From assembly GCA_964652315.1 (NCBI GenBank), contig CAZZBU010000007.1:1-60351 (forward strand): a stretch of 60,351 nucleotides of DNA, written 5' to 3'. Made by a program: the position numbers and the translations under genes. The notes below the pieces were generated by a model. That model was not told the DNA's origin, ran no database searches, and saw nothing but the letters and a program-made list of their open reading frames with translations. The stretch comes from an uncultured Bacteroidales bacterium. GTDB lineage: Bacteria > Bacteroidota > Bacteroidia > Bacteroidales > JAAAOM01. Positions 29,191 to 40,018 of the stretch are shown here, piece after piece. Position 1 is the first letter of the stretch. Each line of letters begins with the position of its first letter.

Positions 29191-29245
29191 AAATAAGTTT
29201 AAATGTTATATTTTTGTAAATATAAACGATAAAACAGGTGAAACA

Positions 29246-29548
29246 ATGATTAAACATATCGTGATGTTCCGATTAAAATCTGATTATGCTGGAACCGGGC
29301 GCACAGCCAGGCTGGCGAGCCTTAAAAAAAGCCTTGATGCCCTGCCTGAAAAAATTAGGGAGATTAAGGAATTCGAAACAGGATTGAATATCAGCAAATC
29401 GCCATCAGCGTATGATCTTGTTTTGATTTCTGCTTTTGAAAATTCTGATGATTTGGATGTATATCGGAAACATCCAGAGCACCAGGCAGTAGTAAAGGAA
29501 ATTAACGAGATTATGGACGTCATTACTGTAGTAGATTATAAAAAGTAA
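29246..29548 (+). CDS. Dabb (stress-responsive A/B barrel) protein
   Basis: MIKHIVMFRLK...Y..HPEH...VVDY; start moved to ATG 29246. Confidence 0.85.
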   Translation: MIKHIVMFRLKSDYAGTGRTARLASLKKSLDALPEKIREIKEFETGLNISKSPSAYDLVLISAFENSDDLDVYRKHPEHQAVVKEINEIMDVITVVDYKK

Positions 29549-29551
29549 AAT

Positions 29552-30535
29552 ATGGAAGATACAAAGCTCTACCCTTTGAAGTTTCAACCCATCCTGAAGG
29601 ATAAGATATGGGGAGGCAGAAAACTTCATGATACCTTATTTAAAAAAGAAGCCAGCAATACCTGTGGAGAAAGCTGGGAGATTTCGGGAGTAAAAGGAGA
29701 TGTTTCCATAGTTTCGAATGGTTTTCTTGCCGGAAATGATTTGAGTGAAATACTGGAAGTATATATGGGTGAAGTAGTGGGAGAAAAGGTATATGATAAG
29801 TTTGGGAATGAGTTTCCTTTATTGATTAAATTCATTGATGCAAATGACAATCTTTCTATTCAGGTACACCCCGATGATGAACTTGCCCAAATTCGGCACA
29901 ATTCATTTGGTAAAACTGAAATGTGGTATATTATTGAATCCGAAAAAGAAGCCAGGTTAATAGTGGGTTTTAATAAAGAATTGACCAAAGAAGAGTATCT
30001 TGAAAAAACAGAAAACACACAGCTTGAAAGCATTTTAAATTATGTGCCGGTTAAACCAGGTGATGTGTTTTTTATGCCTGCAGGCAGGGTTCATGCCATT
30101 GGAGCCGGTATTTTACTGGCTGAAATTCAGCAGACCTCTGATGTAACTTATCGGATATACGATTTTGACCGCAAGGACGACAATGGAAATACGCGGGAAT
30201 TGCACACCGACCTTGCTGTTGATGCCATTGATTATACCTATCATTCTGATTACAAAACGCATTATGATTCAAAAAAAAATGAACCGGTAGAATTGGTTGA
30301 TTGTCCTTATTTTACTACTAACATTCTTGATATCAGCGCGCCTCATAAAAGAGATTTCACAAAAATGGATAGTTTTGTGATTTATATGTGTACTGAAGGT
30401 AAGGCCGAAATTAAAGTGCGTACAGGTTCGGAAACCATTCAGAAGGGAGAAACCATACTGGTTCCGGCTATTTTGAACGATTTCGAGATTATTCCGGACA
30501 AACAGACCAAATTGCTTGAGGTGTATATTCAATAA
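29552..30535 (+). CDS. manA: Mannose-6-phosphate isomerase, type I
   Basis: IWGG, GESWE, LSIQVHP, GKTEMWY, HAIG, EIQQTSD.TYR.YD. Confidence 0.9.
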   Translation: MEDTKLYPLKFQPILKDKIWGGRKLHDTLFKKEASNTCGESWEISGVKGDVSIVSNGFLAGNDLSEILEVYMGEVVGEKVYDKFGNEFPLLIKFIDANDNLSIQVHPDDELAQIRHNSFGKTEMWYIIESEKEARLIVGFNKELTKEEYLEKTENTQLESILNYVPVKPGDVFFMPAGRVHAIGAGILLAEIQQTSDVTYRIYDFDRKDDNGNTRELHTDLAVDAIDYTYHSDYKTHYDSKKNEPVELVDCPYFTTNILDISAPHKRDFTKMDSFVIYMCTEGKAEIKVRTGSETIQKGETILVPAILNDFEIIPDKQTKLLEVYIQ

Positions 30536-30562
30536 TAAGAATACAAGTTCTTAGCGATTAAT

Positions 30563-32236
30563 TTAGTCTTTTAAGCGTATTAATCCCCAGGATAAGGCCA
30601 TGTATGTCTGGTTGTTTGCTTTAAAGGTGGTTTTATGTTTGTCATGCAAATAGGTTCCTGCTGGAAATTTTGATATCAACAACCAACGATCATTATCCGA
30701 ATCATATTTATATAAATCATTATTCGAGTAGACCACATATCCGGTATTCTTATGGGTAAAACCCATGGCGGTAATCTTGTTTGATTGATATGTAAACGGA
30801 TTCTCAGAAAGAAATTGCCAGGAATCTTTTGCCCGGTTGTATTTCCAGGTTTGGCCATAAGTAACAGCAAAATTTTCTTCATCAACTTTAAAGGTTGAAG
30901 CAAAACCATGTTCAAATTCAATGGGGAAATCATTAAGTTGCACGTATTCATTCCTGGCAAAGTCACATTTCCAGCATTCACCTTTATCAGTAATGAGGAA
31001 AAAAATTCCATCCTCTTCAAAATATGTAGCATTAATAAAGCTGAATGGCAAATCAGGCTCCCTGTACCATTCACTGGTTAAAAAACTGTACGACCATATT
31101 TCATTGGAAGGCACCTCCGGAAAAATCATCCCTCCAAATTTGTAAAACTTATCTTGTTGGACTATATATAGACTGAAATCGTTTCTTTGTCCGGGAAAAA
31201 GGTTCTCTTCAATAACCTGCCAGGAATCTGTGTCAGGGTTGTATTCATGGAGTTTTTTGCTATCGTTTGCCAGAAAATATCCTTTGTTGTTGTATGAAAA
31301 CGCTTTATAATCAGCCAACCAACGGAACATGGGCGGAGTTAGTTCCTCCCAGGTTTCATTTACCAGAAAAAGTGAATTATATTCTGCAGATTTTAAGTCG
31401 TTTTTAATCCTGACTGGGAGATTTTGTTTTTCAAAGAAAGAAACCGGTGGTGTTACTACAAATAATTCCTCATTGCTTTGGTCAATAATATGCGCCTTAT
31501 GGTCAGCAAAATATACCTCTACTAATTCATCATGTGCTTTAAAATTATTCCCTGTAATCGTAACATAAGTGCCTCCCCTCCCAGATAATGGATCAATTGT
31601 GTTTATTTCAGGCCCTATTATTCGAAAGGGAATTTGAGCTGTTACCATCTCGGAATGAACCCGTATCTTAATTTCTGCATCACCTGAATATTCCATCAAA
31701 GGAGTTACAAAGATTAAAGTGTCAGGATTTGCCTCTAGCAGATTGCATCTGACATCCCTTAAAAATACTTCAATGTTTTCCGGATTATGACTAAAGTAAT
31801 TCCCGGTAAGTGTAATTTTTGTACTGTCAATGCCTTTTTTAGGAGAAAAATCCTTAATAACCGGCAAAGCGGATCCTTTGCTCACAAAGGTTACCGTATT
31901 GGCCAGAATCAGGTTTTGAGGTGTTTTTATATATCCTCTGGCTAGGTATGTACGGTTATTAATTAGATCAATGCTTATTCTCATTTGAAATTCATTTGGT
32001 TCCACAGAATCGATAAGACTGAATTGTATGGAGTCCTGCCCGTTCCATAGCAAAAAACCATAGTCCTCGATTGGAGTATTGCTTGCAGCATCAATTCTTG
32101 CATTTAATGTGACACCGGTTGAATCCAATTCGGATACCGGAAGCGTTAATAAAAGGGGGTAAGTTTTTGGTTTTAAAGTGGCTTCCTCCTCACAGCTGCT
32201 ACAAATCAGGAATAAAACAGCTATTAAGGATATCAT
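30563..32236 (-). CDS. Lipoprotein with IPT/TIG domains and Kelch-like propeller
   Basis: Lipobox CSSC; two P..G..G..ITLTG.NF IPT repeats; YNP..DSW kelch-like repeats; likely start ATG 32236 (track start 32302). Confidence 0.75.
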   Translation of the reverse strand: MISLIAVLFLICSSCEEEATLKPKTYPLLLTLPVSELDSTGVTLNARIDAASNTPIEDYGFLLWNGQDSIQFSLIDSVEPNEFQMRISIDLINNRTYLARGYIKTPQNLILANTVTFVSKGSALPVIKDFSPKKGIDSTKITLTGNYFSHNPENIEVFLRDVRCNLLEANPDTLIFVTPLMEYSGDAEIKIRVHSEMVTAQIPFRIIGPEINTIDPLSGRGGTYVTITGNNFKAHDELVEVYFADHKAHIIDQSNEELFVVTPPVSFFEKQNLPVRIKNDLKSAEYNSLFLVNETWEELTPPMFRWLADYKAFSYNNKGYFLANDSKKLHEYNPDTDSWQVIEENLFPGQRNDFSLYIVQQDKFYKFGGMIFPEVPSNEIWSYSFLTSEWYREPDLPFSFINATYFEEDGIFFLITDKGECWKCDFARNEYVQLNDFPIEFEHGFASTFKVDEENFAVTYGQTWKYNRAKDSWQFLSENPFTYQSNKITAMGFTHKNTGYVVYSNNDLYKYDSDNDRWLLISKFPAGTYLHDKHKTTFKANNQTYMALSWGLIRLKD

Positions 32237-32615
32237 TAACGTCTTTCGTTGAATAAGATGTGCTTTAAAAAAGCTTAGGCAATGGTTTTGCAGTATTTTC
32301 AAGGCCGATTATTTATATGTTTTGAGCAGTTAAATATATAACATATTCGGTTATTTATGTTTTAACTGTGTATTTTTTTAACTGAAATCATCCGGTTATT
32401 ATTGAACCATTACACTTTTACGTTAGTTTCATGGAAAAAATGTAACGTAATTTATATTTCGACGTATAACCCACCAAAACCCAATGAATAATCAGCGATA
32501 AAATCCTGAAAAACAAAGAATTATTAGATGACCGGATGGTTGTCTAACAAACAAAAAAGAACAATTGAGAATATCACGCGACAAAGCGAGTTCGTTATTC
32601 GTCAAAAAAAACAGC

Positions 32616-35600
32616 ATGTTTATGGAAAGCATGGTTAGAGGCAAAGTGGGATATCCGTTAGCAGTTCTTTTGAACTTGATATTCTCAATTTTTCTTTTTT
32701 CTTCTGATTTGCATGCTCAGTGTTCGCGCATAGGCGATAACGGCAGCGACCAGAGCACCAATGGTAGCTGTGCGCCAATAACCCTGGACATGAGTGTGAA
32801 CTTTGAATTTGACCTGCCTGTAGATCCTTCGCTGGTGAAGATTCATTTTAGCTGGGGTGACGGGACCCCGGATACCATTATTTCTCCGGATTTTGATTCC
32901 AATAACAGGCTTTACTACGATACCGTCAGGCATTATTATCCGCCAACCGGACCCGAATGTAGCTATACAGCTGAAGCTTATGTTATTTATGATGGTGAAC
33001 ATTGTTTAAGCAGTACACAATCCCAACAATTTCGTTCATGGAATATTGACAATGAAAATGGTGGACATGTAGCCATTAATCCGGAAAGAGCTATCGTTTG
33101 TGAAGGCGATCCGGTGTATCAGGTATTTGCCGACGCGTCCACCTTTAATTGTAATGTCTCTGTAGAACCTGATAAACCCAATCTGGAGCCCCGTTGGGTT
33201 CAATTTATTTACGGTACCCAAAGCCGTGCAGGCGATCGGATCCCAAATATTACCATCGAAGACGAAAACGGTGTTGTCCATCAGATGACAGATGCTGCAG
33301 GAAATTCTCTTGGATTGGTTTACGGGCCCATTGTAAAAATACCTTATGAAGCGCATGGACCAAATCAACTATCGTATCCTGTTATGGCCCCACCCGATGG
33401 CGTTGCCGGTGATATTTTTGAAATCACCATGCGCAACTGGAATATCTGCAATCCTTATGATGATCCTTATGACGGATTGCCGCCGGCTGATACGGTGAAT
33501 GGTGATAATGCCCCCATTGTTACCACCGCCATTGTAGAAATAATCGCTACCCCACCACAGATACCAACTCCTTACAACGAATATTGCGCTCACGAAAATA
33601 TTTCGCTTTATGCCCATTCCAATACGGCTACCATTCAGTGGTATAAAGATTCAACCCTGGATACCCTTTTGCATACTGGTGAAAACTTCGATCCTACCCA
33701 ACCTCCACTTAACCTTGACAATACCATAGGCGGGGAGTATTCTTTTTGGGTAACAGCCATTGAGAATGCCTGTGAAAGTGCCCCCTTTAAGGTGGATTTA
33801 AAAATATATGACAATCCCGCTTTTCCGGATGCTGGTCCCAATAGGGCTGTATGCTCCGATGAGGTCACGCTTTTTGCCACACCAATCTCTGTGGGTAGTG
33901 GTCAGTGGACAACCGGTAGCTCAGCCATTATTAATGATCCTTTAAATGACACCACATTAGTAACCAATCTGTCACCTGGTCAGCAAGAATTTACCTGGAC
34001 TGTTACCAATGGGCCCTGTGTATTGTCTGATGATGTTGTTATTACCCGTGACCTACCCACTGTAGCTGCACATGCTGGTATCGATCAGGGCCTTTGTGGT
34101 ACAGATTATATCGATTTAGATGGTAACTCCCCAACAAATGATGGCTATGGTGAATGGATTCAGATTCACGGCTCAGGAAATATTTCGGATCCATCAGATC
34201 CCCATTCCAGAGTGAATGATTTGATGCCGGGCCAAAATACTTATTTATGGTCTGTTCATAGCCAGAACAATGCCTGTCCGGTAACAACCGACACGGTAAG
34301 TATAATGTTTGATCCGTTACCCGGTGTTTCAGATGCCGGGCCAGATCAGGCTTTTTGCGATACCACCAGGGTACAATTATCAGCCAATACCCCAATAAAC
34401 GGAGGTTATGGCTGGTGGCAGGTCCTTGATGGCAATGGGAATTTTAATGACAGTACATTTAGCAGTGCAATTATTGATCAGCTAAGCTATGACAGTACAT
34501 TATTATCATGGACTGTGCATAGTGCTTACGGAATTTGCCCTGTAACTACCGATTCGGTAATAATATCGATCGATGAAATGCCCAATCCGGCCAATGCCGG
34601 TGTTGATCAGGATTTCTGTCTTTTTGCCCAGGCACAACTCAATGCAGATTCGGCGAACATTGGTACCGGTTATTGGTCCGTGCTGCAAAATCCATCAGGT
34701 ACAGCACCCGTGTTTACGCCTTCTGAATATGCTCATAATGCCATGATCAATATAAATTCTGGTGATGAGGGACTTTACAAGCTAGCCTGGACAGTTGAGA
34801 ATGGCTCCTGCATTACAACTGATGAGGTAGAGGTAGATTTCGGTATTCCGCCTCCACCTGCCTTTGCCGGTCCTGATGATACTGTTTGTGGCACAGCAGC
34901 TCAGTTACATGCAGTAGAATTTTCCATTGGTACGGGTACCTGGAGTGTAATTGAGGGGGCCGGAAATGTCACATTTTCACCTTCCACCCATGATGCTGAA
35001 CCATGGGTATTGCTTGAGCCCGGAAGAAGCGGAAAATATACGTTTGTCTGGGAACTTTCAAGCGGCGATTGTGGGGTTACGAGAGATACTGTAAGTATTT
35101 GGTTCAATCCTATACCGGAAAATCCACCAACTCAGGTATTATCTAATTGTGGCCCCACTGATTTTGAAATAATCAGCACACCAGCCACGAATGCTAATAC
35201 CATCAACTGGTATGATGCTTCAACAGGAGGCAACCTGATTCATCAGGGCGACACTTTTAATACAGGGGTAATTACCACAACTACCTCATTTTATACAAGT
35301 AATTACAATTCGGTTACTGGTTGCGAAAGCAACCGGAGCGAAGTAATTGCGGAGATTAATACCATACCGGATTTGCCAATTTCGCAAAACATTGAGAACT
35401 GTGGTCCGGGATTATTTAACCTCGAGGCTTCAATCGGCACCCATGGACATATTAATCGCTGGTATGATAGCGAAACAGGTGGGACCCTGCTCTCCACATC
35501 CAAAAACTTGCTGACTAATGTATCCGTCTCGGAAACATATTGGGTAGCTGGTTACGATACGATTACCGGATGCGAAGGTAGTCGCGATAGTGTATATGTT

Positions 35601-38390
35601 GAGATTCATCCAATACCCGGTTCTCCTGTTATAAGCGATGAGGAAGCATGTGGTCCTTCAGATTTCACTTTGGTTTCGTCTGTAGGAAATGATGGTACAG
35701 CTAATTACTGGTATGAGAGCGATACAGCTTCGGCTCCAATCTTTGTTGGAAATGACTTTAACACACCGGTATTAAGTAACACAACAACCTATTCAGTAGT
35801 TACAGTGAATGAAAACACAGGTTGTAGGAGTAACATGGAACACGTAAACGCAATCATTCATTCCATTCCTGATCAACCTGATATCGATGATATCGTGGTT
35901 TGCGGTCCCAGCGCCTTTGACCTTACAACCACTATCGGAACAAACGCTACTACCCTGCGCTGGTATGAAAATCCAGTAGGAGGATCACTACTTGCTCAGG
36001 CAGATACTTTTTTTACCCCCTTATTATCCAATACTACAAATTATTATTTATCGGCTTATAATGACAGTACGGCATGTGAGAGTTCACGTGATGAAATCAA
36101 TATTACCATTAACCCCATACCTGATGCAGGCATAATTACAGGTGTCCAAAATGTTATTGTTGGTCAGACGGATGTGGTTTATTATGTAATCGGCAATCCG
36201 GGCTCTTCCTATACCTGGGATATTCCTTCGGACATTGATGTCATTGAAAATAATGGATACTGGATAAAACTTGGATTTCCTACCCTTGGCTCTTTTGATA
36301 TTTCAGTAGTGGAAACTTCTTTAAATGGTTGCCCGGGCCCTGAGATGAATAAGCAGATTAATGTCACAGATGGAGAATTTGCTTTAAACCTCGATATAGG
36401 CGATCGCACTGCATGTACTGCTGCCCCATTCCATATTCAGCCGACAGTAATCGGCGGAAAAGGGCCATACCAGGTCGAATGGACGGGTGACACGGCTGAA
36501 CTGACAGTAACCGATCAATTGGAAACCTACCTCATACCGAAGAGTGCCGGAGAATATAAATTACGTTTGACTGTTACAGATATGAATTATAAAACGGCTA
36601 CCGATAGCATTATTGTCAGCGTTTATTCAAGCCCCACAGCATCTATTCTTGCTCCGGACACTATCGTATGTGTGGGTGAATCCATGCAGCTTGATGTTCA
36701 AACGATTGATCCGGCTTTGGAACATACCTGGTCCGGACAAACCATTGCATTGTCGGCCACGGATATCACCAATCCGGTATTTCTTCCTACAGCCAACGAA
36801 ACATATTCCATGGTATATCAGGTTACTGATATGAACAATTGTGTGGCATCAGACAGCATTACCATTTATACCGAACAAACCCGGGCCCTTTTTACAACGG
36901 ATGCAGTACCTGCTTGTAGTCCTGTTTCGGCCGGTTTTGTAAATCAAAGCACAAACTATGATTCATTAATCTGGGATTTTGATGATGGAACTGTCACAAC
37001 AGGAGAGGAGCTGAATCATATTTTTAATAATACCGGCACATCAGTGGAAAACTATAATGTTACTCTTACCTCTATCAGTGAACATGGTTGTATTGACAAA
37101 GCCAATGCGTTTGTAACGGTATTTCCTAAGCCTTACACAGAAATAATTGCCGATCCTGATTCGGCATGTGATCCTGCAATTGTATCGTTGGCAGCATCGC
37201 CGGGAAATGCAGGTTATCAATGGGATTTTGGAGATGGAGAAGTCTATGTTGGGGGATATAATGTGGTTCATACCTTCAGAAATGAGGGATTTAAAGACAC
37301 TACATATACCATTAATCTGATTACTACATCATCTTTTGAATGTTCAGATACCATTCAGCATGAGGTTGTTGTGTTTCCATCGCCTAAAGCTGATTTTGCT
37401 GTTACACCAAAGGAACAGATGTTTCCGGATGCTACGGTGGATATTGTTAATAACACGGAGGGCAACTGGAATTACATGTGGTATTTCGGAGATGGCACTC
37501 AGTTGCAATTGGCGCAACCCGTTAAACATGAATACGAGTTTCCCAATAATTTCACCATATCCATGGTGGCCAGTAATGCTCATTGTAAAGATAGCCTGGT
37601 AAAACACATCCTCATTAAACCGCATCCGCCGGTTGCCAAATTTGAGCCGGTTGATCCGGGCTGTATGCCGCTTACAGTAACCATGGTGAATACCTCATCT
37701 TACGCCGACGAATATTATTGGGAGTTTGGTGATGGAAGCGTTTCCAATAAGCCAAATCCAAGCTATACTTATTATGAGCCGGGCATCTATAAAATAAAAT
37801 TAAAGGTAATGGGCGATGGTGGGGAGGATATTCACTCAGATACCACCCGGGTATTTATTCTTCCAAACTCATTTTTTGATCTGGCCCCGCGTTTTGTTTA
37901 TGTTAATGATGAGCCTGTAAATTATTTTAATTTGAGTGATCATGGCGACGTGTTTGAATGGGATTTTGGAGACGGGACCACATCCAACCAGTTTAATCCT
38001 GAGCATATATATATGGAAGAAGGTACGTACGATGTAACCTTAAAAGTATGGACTGAAAATGATTGTTTTGATCTGTATGTGATGGAGAATGCCGTTGTGG
38101 TAGAACCTTCAGGTGAAGTGGCTTTTCCTAATGTTTTCAGACCCACATCTCCAATTGAAGAAAACAGGTATTTCTCTCCGGGCGTGATTGATAATGTTGA
38201 AGAATACCACCTGATGATATTCAACAGGTGGGGTGAGTTGCTGTTCGAAAGTTTTGATCCTGACGAGCCATGGGATGGCAGGTATCAGGGGCGGACAGCC
38301 AAGCAGGATGTGTATGTATGGAAAGTGAAAGGTACTTTCAGTAATGGAAAACCATTCGTGAAAACCGGGGATGTGACACTACTTCATTAA
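32616..38390 (+). CDS. Large T9SS-secreted repeat protein (PKD/Ig-like repeats) with type B C-terminal sorting domain
   Basis: Signal peptide ending DLHA-Q; AxAGPD..C repeats, WY....GG.L..GCES Ig-like repeats, WDFGDG PKD repeats; C-terminal PNVFRP...IFNRWG...WDG...DVYVW...GDVTLL. Start uncertain (32565-32631). Confidence 0.88.
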   Translation: MFMESMVRGKVGYPLAVLLNLIFSIFLFSSDLHAQCSRIGDNGSDQSTNGSCAPITLDMSVNFEFDLPVDPSLVKIHFSWGDGTPDTIISPDFDSNNRLYYDTVRHYYPPTGPECSYTAEAYVIYDGEHCLSSTQSQQFRSWNIDNENGGHVAINPERAIVCEGDPVYQVFADASTFNCNVSVEPDKPNLEPRWVQFIYGTQSRAGDRIPNITIEDENGVVHQMTDAAGNSLGLVYGPIVKIPYEAHGPNQLSYPVMAPPDGVAGDIFEITMRNWNICNPYDDPYDGLPPADTVNGDNAPIVTTAIVEIIATPPQIPTPYNEYCAHENISLYAHSNTATIQWYKDSTLDTLLHTGENFDPTQPPLNLDNTIGGEYSFWVTAIENACESAPFKVDLKIYDNPAFPDAGPNRAVCSDEVTLFATPISVGSGQWTTGSSAIINDPLNDTTLVTNLSPGQQEFTWTVTNGPCVLSDDVVITRDLPTVAAHAGIDQGLCGTDYIDLDGNSPTNDGYGEWIQIHGSGNISDPSDPHSRVNDLMPGQNTYLWSVHSQNNACPVTTDTVSIMFDPLPGVSDAGPDQAFCDTTRVQLSANTPINGGYGWWQVLDGNGNFNDSTFSSAIIDQLSYDSTLLSWTVHSAYGICPVTTDSVIISIDEMPNPANAGVDQDFCLFAQAQLNADSANIGTGYWSVLQNPSGTAPVFTPSEYAHNAMININSGDEGLYKLAWTVENGSCITTDEVEVDFGIPPPPAFAGPDDTVCGTAAQLHAVEFSIGTGTWSVIEGAGNVTFSPSTHDAEPWVLLEPGRSGKYTFVWELSSGDCGVTRDTVSIWFNPIPENPPTQVLSNCGPTDFEIISTPATNANTINWYDASTGGNLIHQGDTFNTGVITTTTSFYTSNYNSVTGCESNRSEVIAEINTIPDLPISQNIENCGPGLFNLEASIGTHGHINRWYDSETGGTLLSTSKNLLTNVSVSETYWVAGYDTITGCEGSRDSVYVEIHPIPGSPVISDEEACGPSDFTLVSSVGNDGTANYWYESDTASAPIFVGNDFNTPVLSNTTTYSVVTVNENTGCRSNMEHVNAIIHSIPDQPDIDDIVVCGPSAFDLTTTIGTNATTLRWYENPVGGSLLAQADTFFTPLLSNTTNYYLSAYNDSTACESSRDEINITINPIPDAGIITGVQNVIVGQTDVVYYVIGNPGSSYTWDIPSDIDVIENNGYWIKLGFPTLGSFDISVVETSLNGCPGPEMNKQINVTDGEFALNLDIGDRTACTAAPFHIQPTVIGGKGPYQVEWTGDTAELTVTDQLETYLIPKSAGEYKLRLTVTDMNYKTATDSIIVSVYSSPTASILAPDTIVCVGESMQLDVQTIDPALEHTWSGQTIALSATDITNPVFLPTANETYSMVYQVTDMNNCVASDSITIYTEQTRALFTTDAVPACSPVSAGFVNQSTNYDSLIWDFDDGTVTTGEELNHIFNNTGTSVENYNVTLTSISEHGCIDKANAFVTVFPKPYTEIIADPDSACDPAIVSLAASPGNAGYQWDFGDGEVYVGGYNVVHTFRNEGFKDTTYTINLITTSSFECSDTIQHEVVVFPSPKADFAVTPKEQMFPDATVDIVNNTEGNWNYMWYFGDGTQLQLAQPVKHEYEFPNNFTISMVASNAHCKDSLVKHILIKPHPPVAKFEPVDPGCMPLTVTMVNTSSYADEYYWEFGDGSVSNKPNPSYTYYEPGIYKIKLKVMGDGGEDIHSDTTRVFILPNSFFDLAPRFVYVNDEPVNYFNLSDHGDVFEWDFGDGTTSNQFNPEHIYMEEGTYDVTLKVWTENDCFDLYVMENAVVVEPSGEVAFPNVFRPTSPIEENRYFSPGVIDNVEEYHLMIFNRWGELLFESFDPDEPWDGRYQGRTAKQDVYVWKVKGTFSNGKPFVKTGDVTLLH

Positions 38391-38400
38391 TTTATTACCA

Positions 38401-39405
38401 ATGAAATTAATTATACTCAACATATTTATAATTACTGTATTGATGGTAAATCCCACCAAAGGTCAGGATCCGCATTTTTCACAGTTTTATAGCAATTATT
38501 TATATCTGGCCCCATCCTTTGCCGGTTTGTCAGCACCAAATCGCCTGGCCGTGAATTACCGCAATCAATGGCCCGAAATCTCCCCGGGTTTTGTTACTTA
38601 TTCGGTTTCTTTTGATCATGATTTCGAGAAATTCAACAGTGGGCTGGGAGTGTTGTTAATGCGTGATGAGGCCGGAACGGGAAGGTTACGTTCCACCAAT
38701 ATTGGGTTGCAGTATTCTTATGATTTTAAGGTTAACGAACGGTTTCACATCCGGCCGGGAATGCATTTTTTATATACTGAGCGGGGACTTGACTTTGATA
38801 AACTGTTATGGAAAGACCAGATGTCAGCAGCCGGTTATTCCTCAGTTACTGCCGAGCCCTATTCTATGGATTATGTTGGTGATATTGATTTTTCAACCTC
38901 GGTGCTGGGTTATTCCGGAGATTTTTGGCTGGGTTTTAGCGTGGATCACTTATTACGCCCCAATCATTCTTTGTACGATTTTGAAGAAGAAGATGGAAAC
39001 AGGGCAAGGGTGCCTTTGAAATATCAGGTGTTTGGCGGAACAAAGTTTGTAGCGAAACAAAAACTATTGCAACCTATTCCAACCAGCCTGCAACTGGCCT
39101 TTTTATTCAAGGCGCAGAAAGAATACCGATCCCTTGATTTGGGATTATACTGGCACCGCGAGCCTCTTGTTTTGGGTTTATGGTATCGCGGAATTCCTGT
39201 TGTTCGTTCATTTAATAATAATGATGCTCTTGTGTTGCTCTTTGGCTATAAGGCGAATAATGTTAGTGTTGGATATAGCTATGACTTTACCACTTCGCGC
39301 CTGATTACCAACACCCAGGGCTCACATGAAATTTCAATGGCCGTTACTTTTGAGGTAAAACCAAGAAAAAAGAGGCCAAGGATAGTTCCCTGCCCTCAAT
39401 TTTAA
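38401..39405 (+). CDS. PorP/SprF family T9SS outer-membrane protein
   Basis: QDPHFSQF, NYRNQW, GYSYD, GSHEIS; directly follows the type B CTD substrate. Confidence 0.9.
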   Translation: MKLIILNIFIITVLMVNPTKGQDPHFSQFYSNYLYLAPSFAGLSAPNRLAVNYRNQWPEISPGFVTYSVSFDHDFEKFNSGLGVLLMRDEAGTGRLRSTNIGLQYSYDFKVNERFHIRPGMHFLYTERGLDFDKLLWKDQMSAAGYSSVTAEPYSMDYVGDIDFSTSVLGYSGDFWLGFSVDHLLRPNHSLYDFEEEDGNRARVPLKYQVFGGTKFVAKQKLLQPIPTSLQLAFLFKAQKEYRSLDLGLYWHREPLVLGLWYRGIPVVRSFNNNDALVLLFGYKANNVSVGYSYDFTTSRLITNTQGSHEISMAVTFEVKPRKKRPRIVPCPQF

Positions 39406-39426
39406 TACATAATTATCAGTATGTGA

Positions 39427-39960
39427 TTATTTTAGTTCAGAACGCCGGAAGACAGCGGTTTTAGCAATCATATCATGAAAACCCTGCTTGCGGGTGCCCA
39501 ATACGAAAAAGAAACCGATAAATATTACCAGTCCAAGTATTCCTCCAAGTTGTCTGAATAAAGCAACGCCTGTTAACATGGCTAAAATGCCGAATACGGA
39601 AGCAATATTTTTAATAAGGTACCGGGGCATGAGTTTTCCAATTCCGGCATGGGTACCGTCTTCATTACCAATCTGTATACCTACGATGAGTTTTCCAACG
39701 GTGTATCCCACCAATCCTTCAAGAAGATACCAAACAAGGGATACAATATACATTACAATGGTAGATGCCATGATTCCGTCAAGGAATCCCGCTGCCATTC
39801 CGGTAGCCATATCAGCTGAGTCGCCGGAAGTGGAGGAAGCACCTGCAGCCATGCCGCTTACACCAAATACTGTGGCAATAATTGCCGATAATACTGCAAT
39901 TAACACAAAGTCGATTAGAACTGCACCAAGCCGGGGACCAAAACCAATTCTGTTTTCCAT
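39427..39960 (-). CDS. RDD family membrane protein
   Basis: GFGPRLGAVLID, G.TVGK, QGFHDMIAKT.V. Confidence 0.85.
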   Translation of the reverse strand: MENRIGFGPRLGAVLIDFVLIAVLSAIIATVFGVSGMAAGASSTSGDSADMATGMAAGFLDGIMASTIVMYIVSLVWYLLEGLVGYTVGKLIVGIQIGNEDGTHAGIGKLMPRYLIKNIASVFGILAMLTGVALFRQLGGILGLVIFIGFFFVLGTRKQGFHDMIAKTAVFRRSELK

Positions 39961-40018
39961 AATTTAAAATTTTAGTTAATTAATTTAGTTTGAATCACAT
40001 ATAAAGATAAGAAAAATG

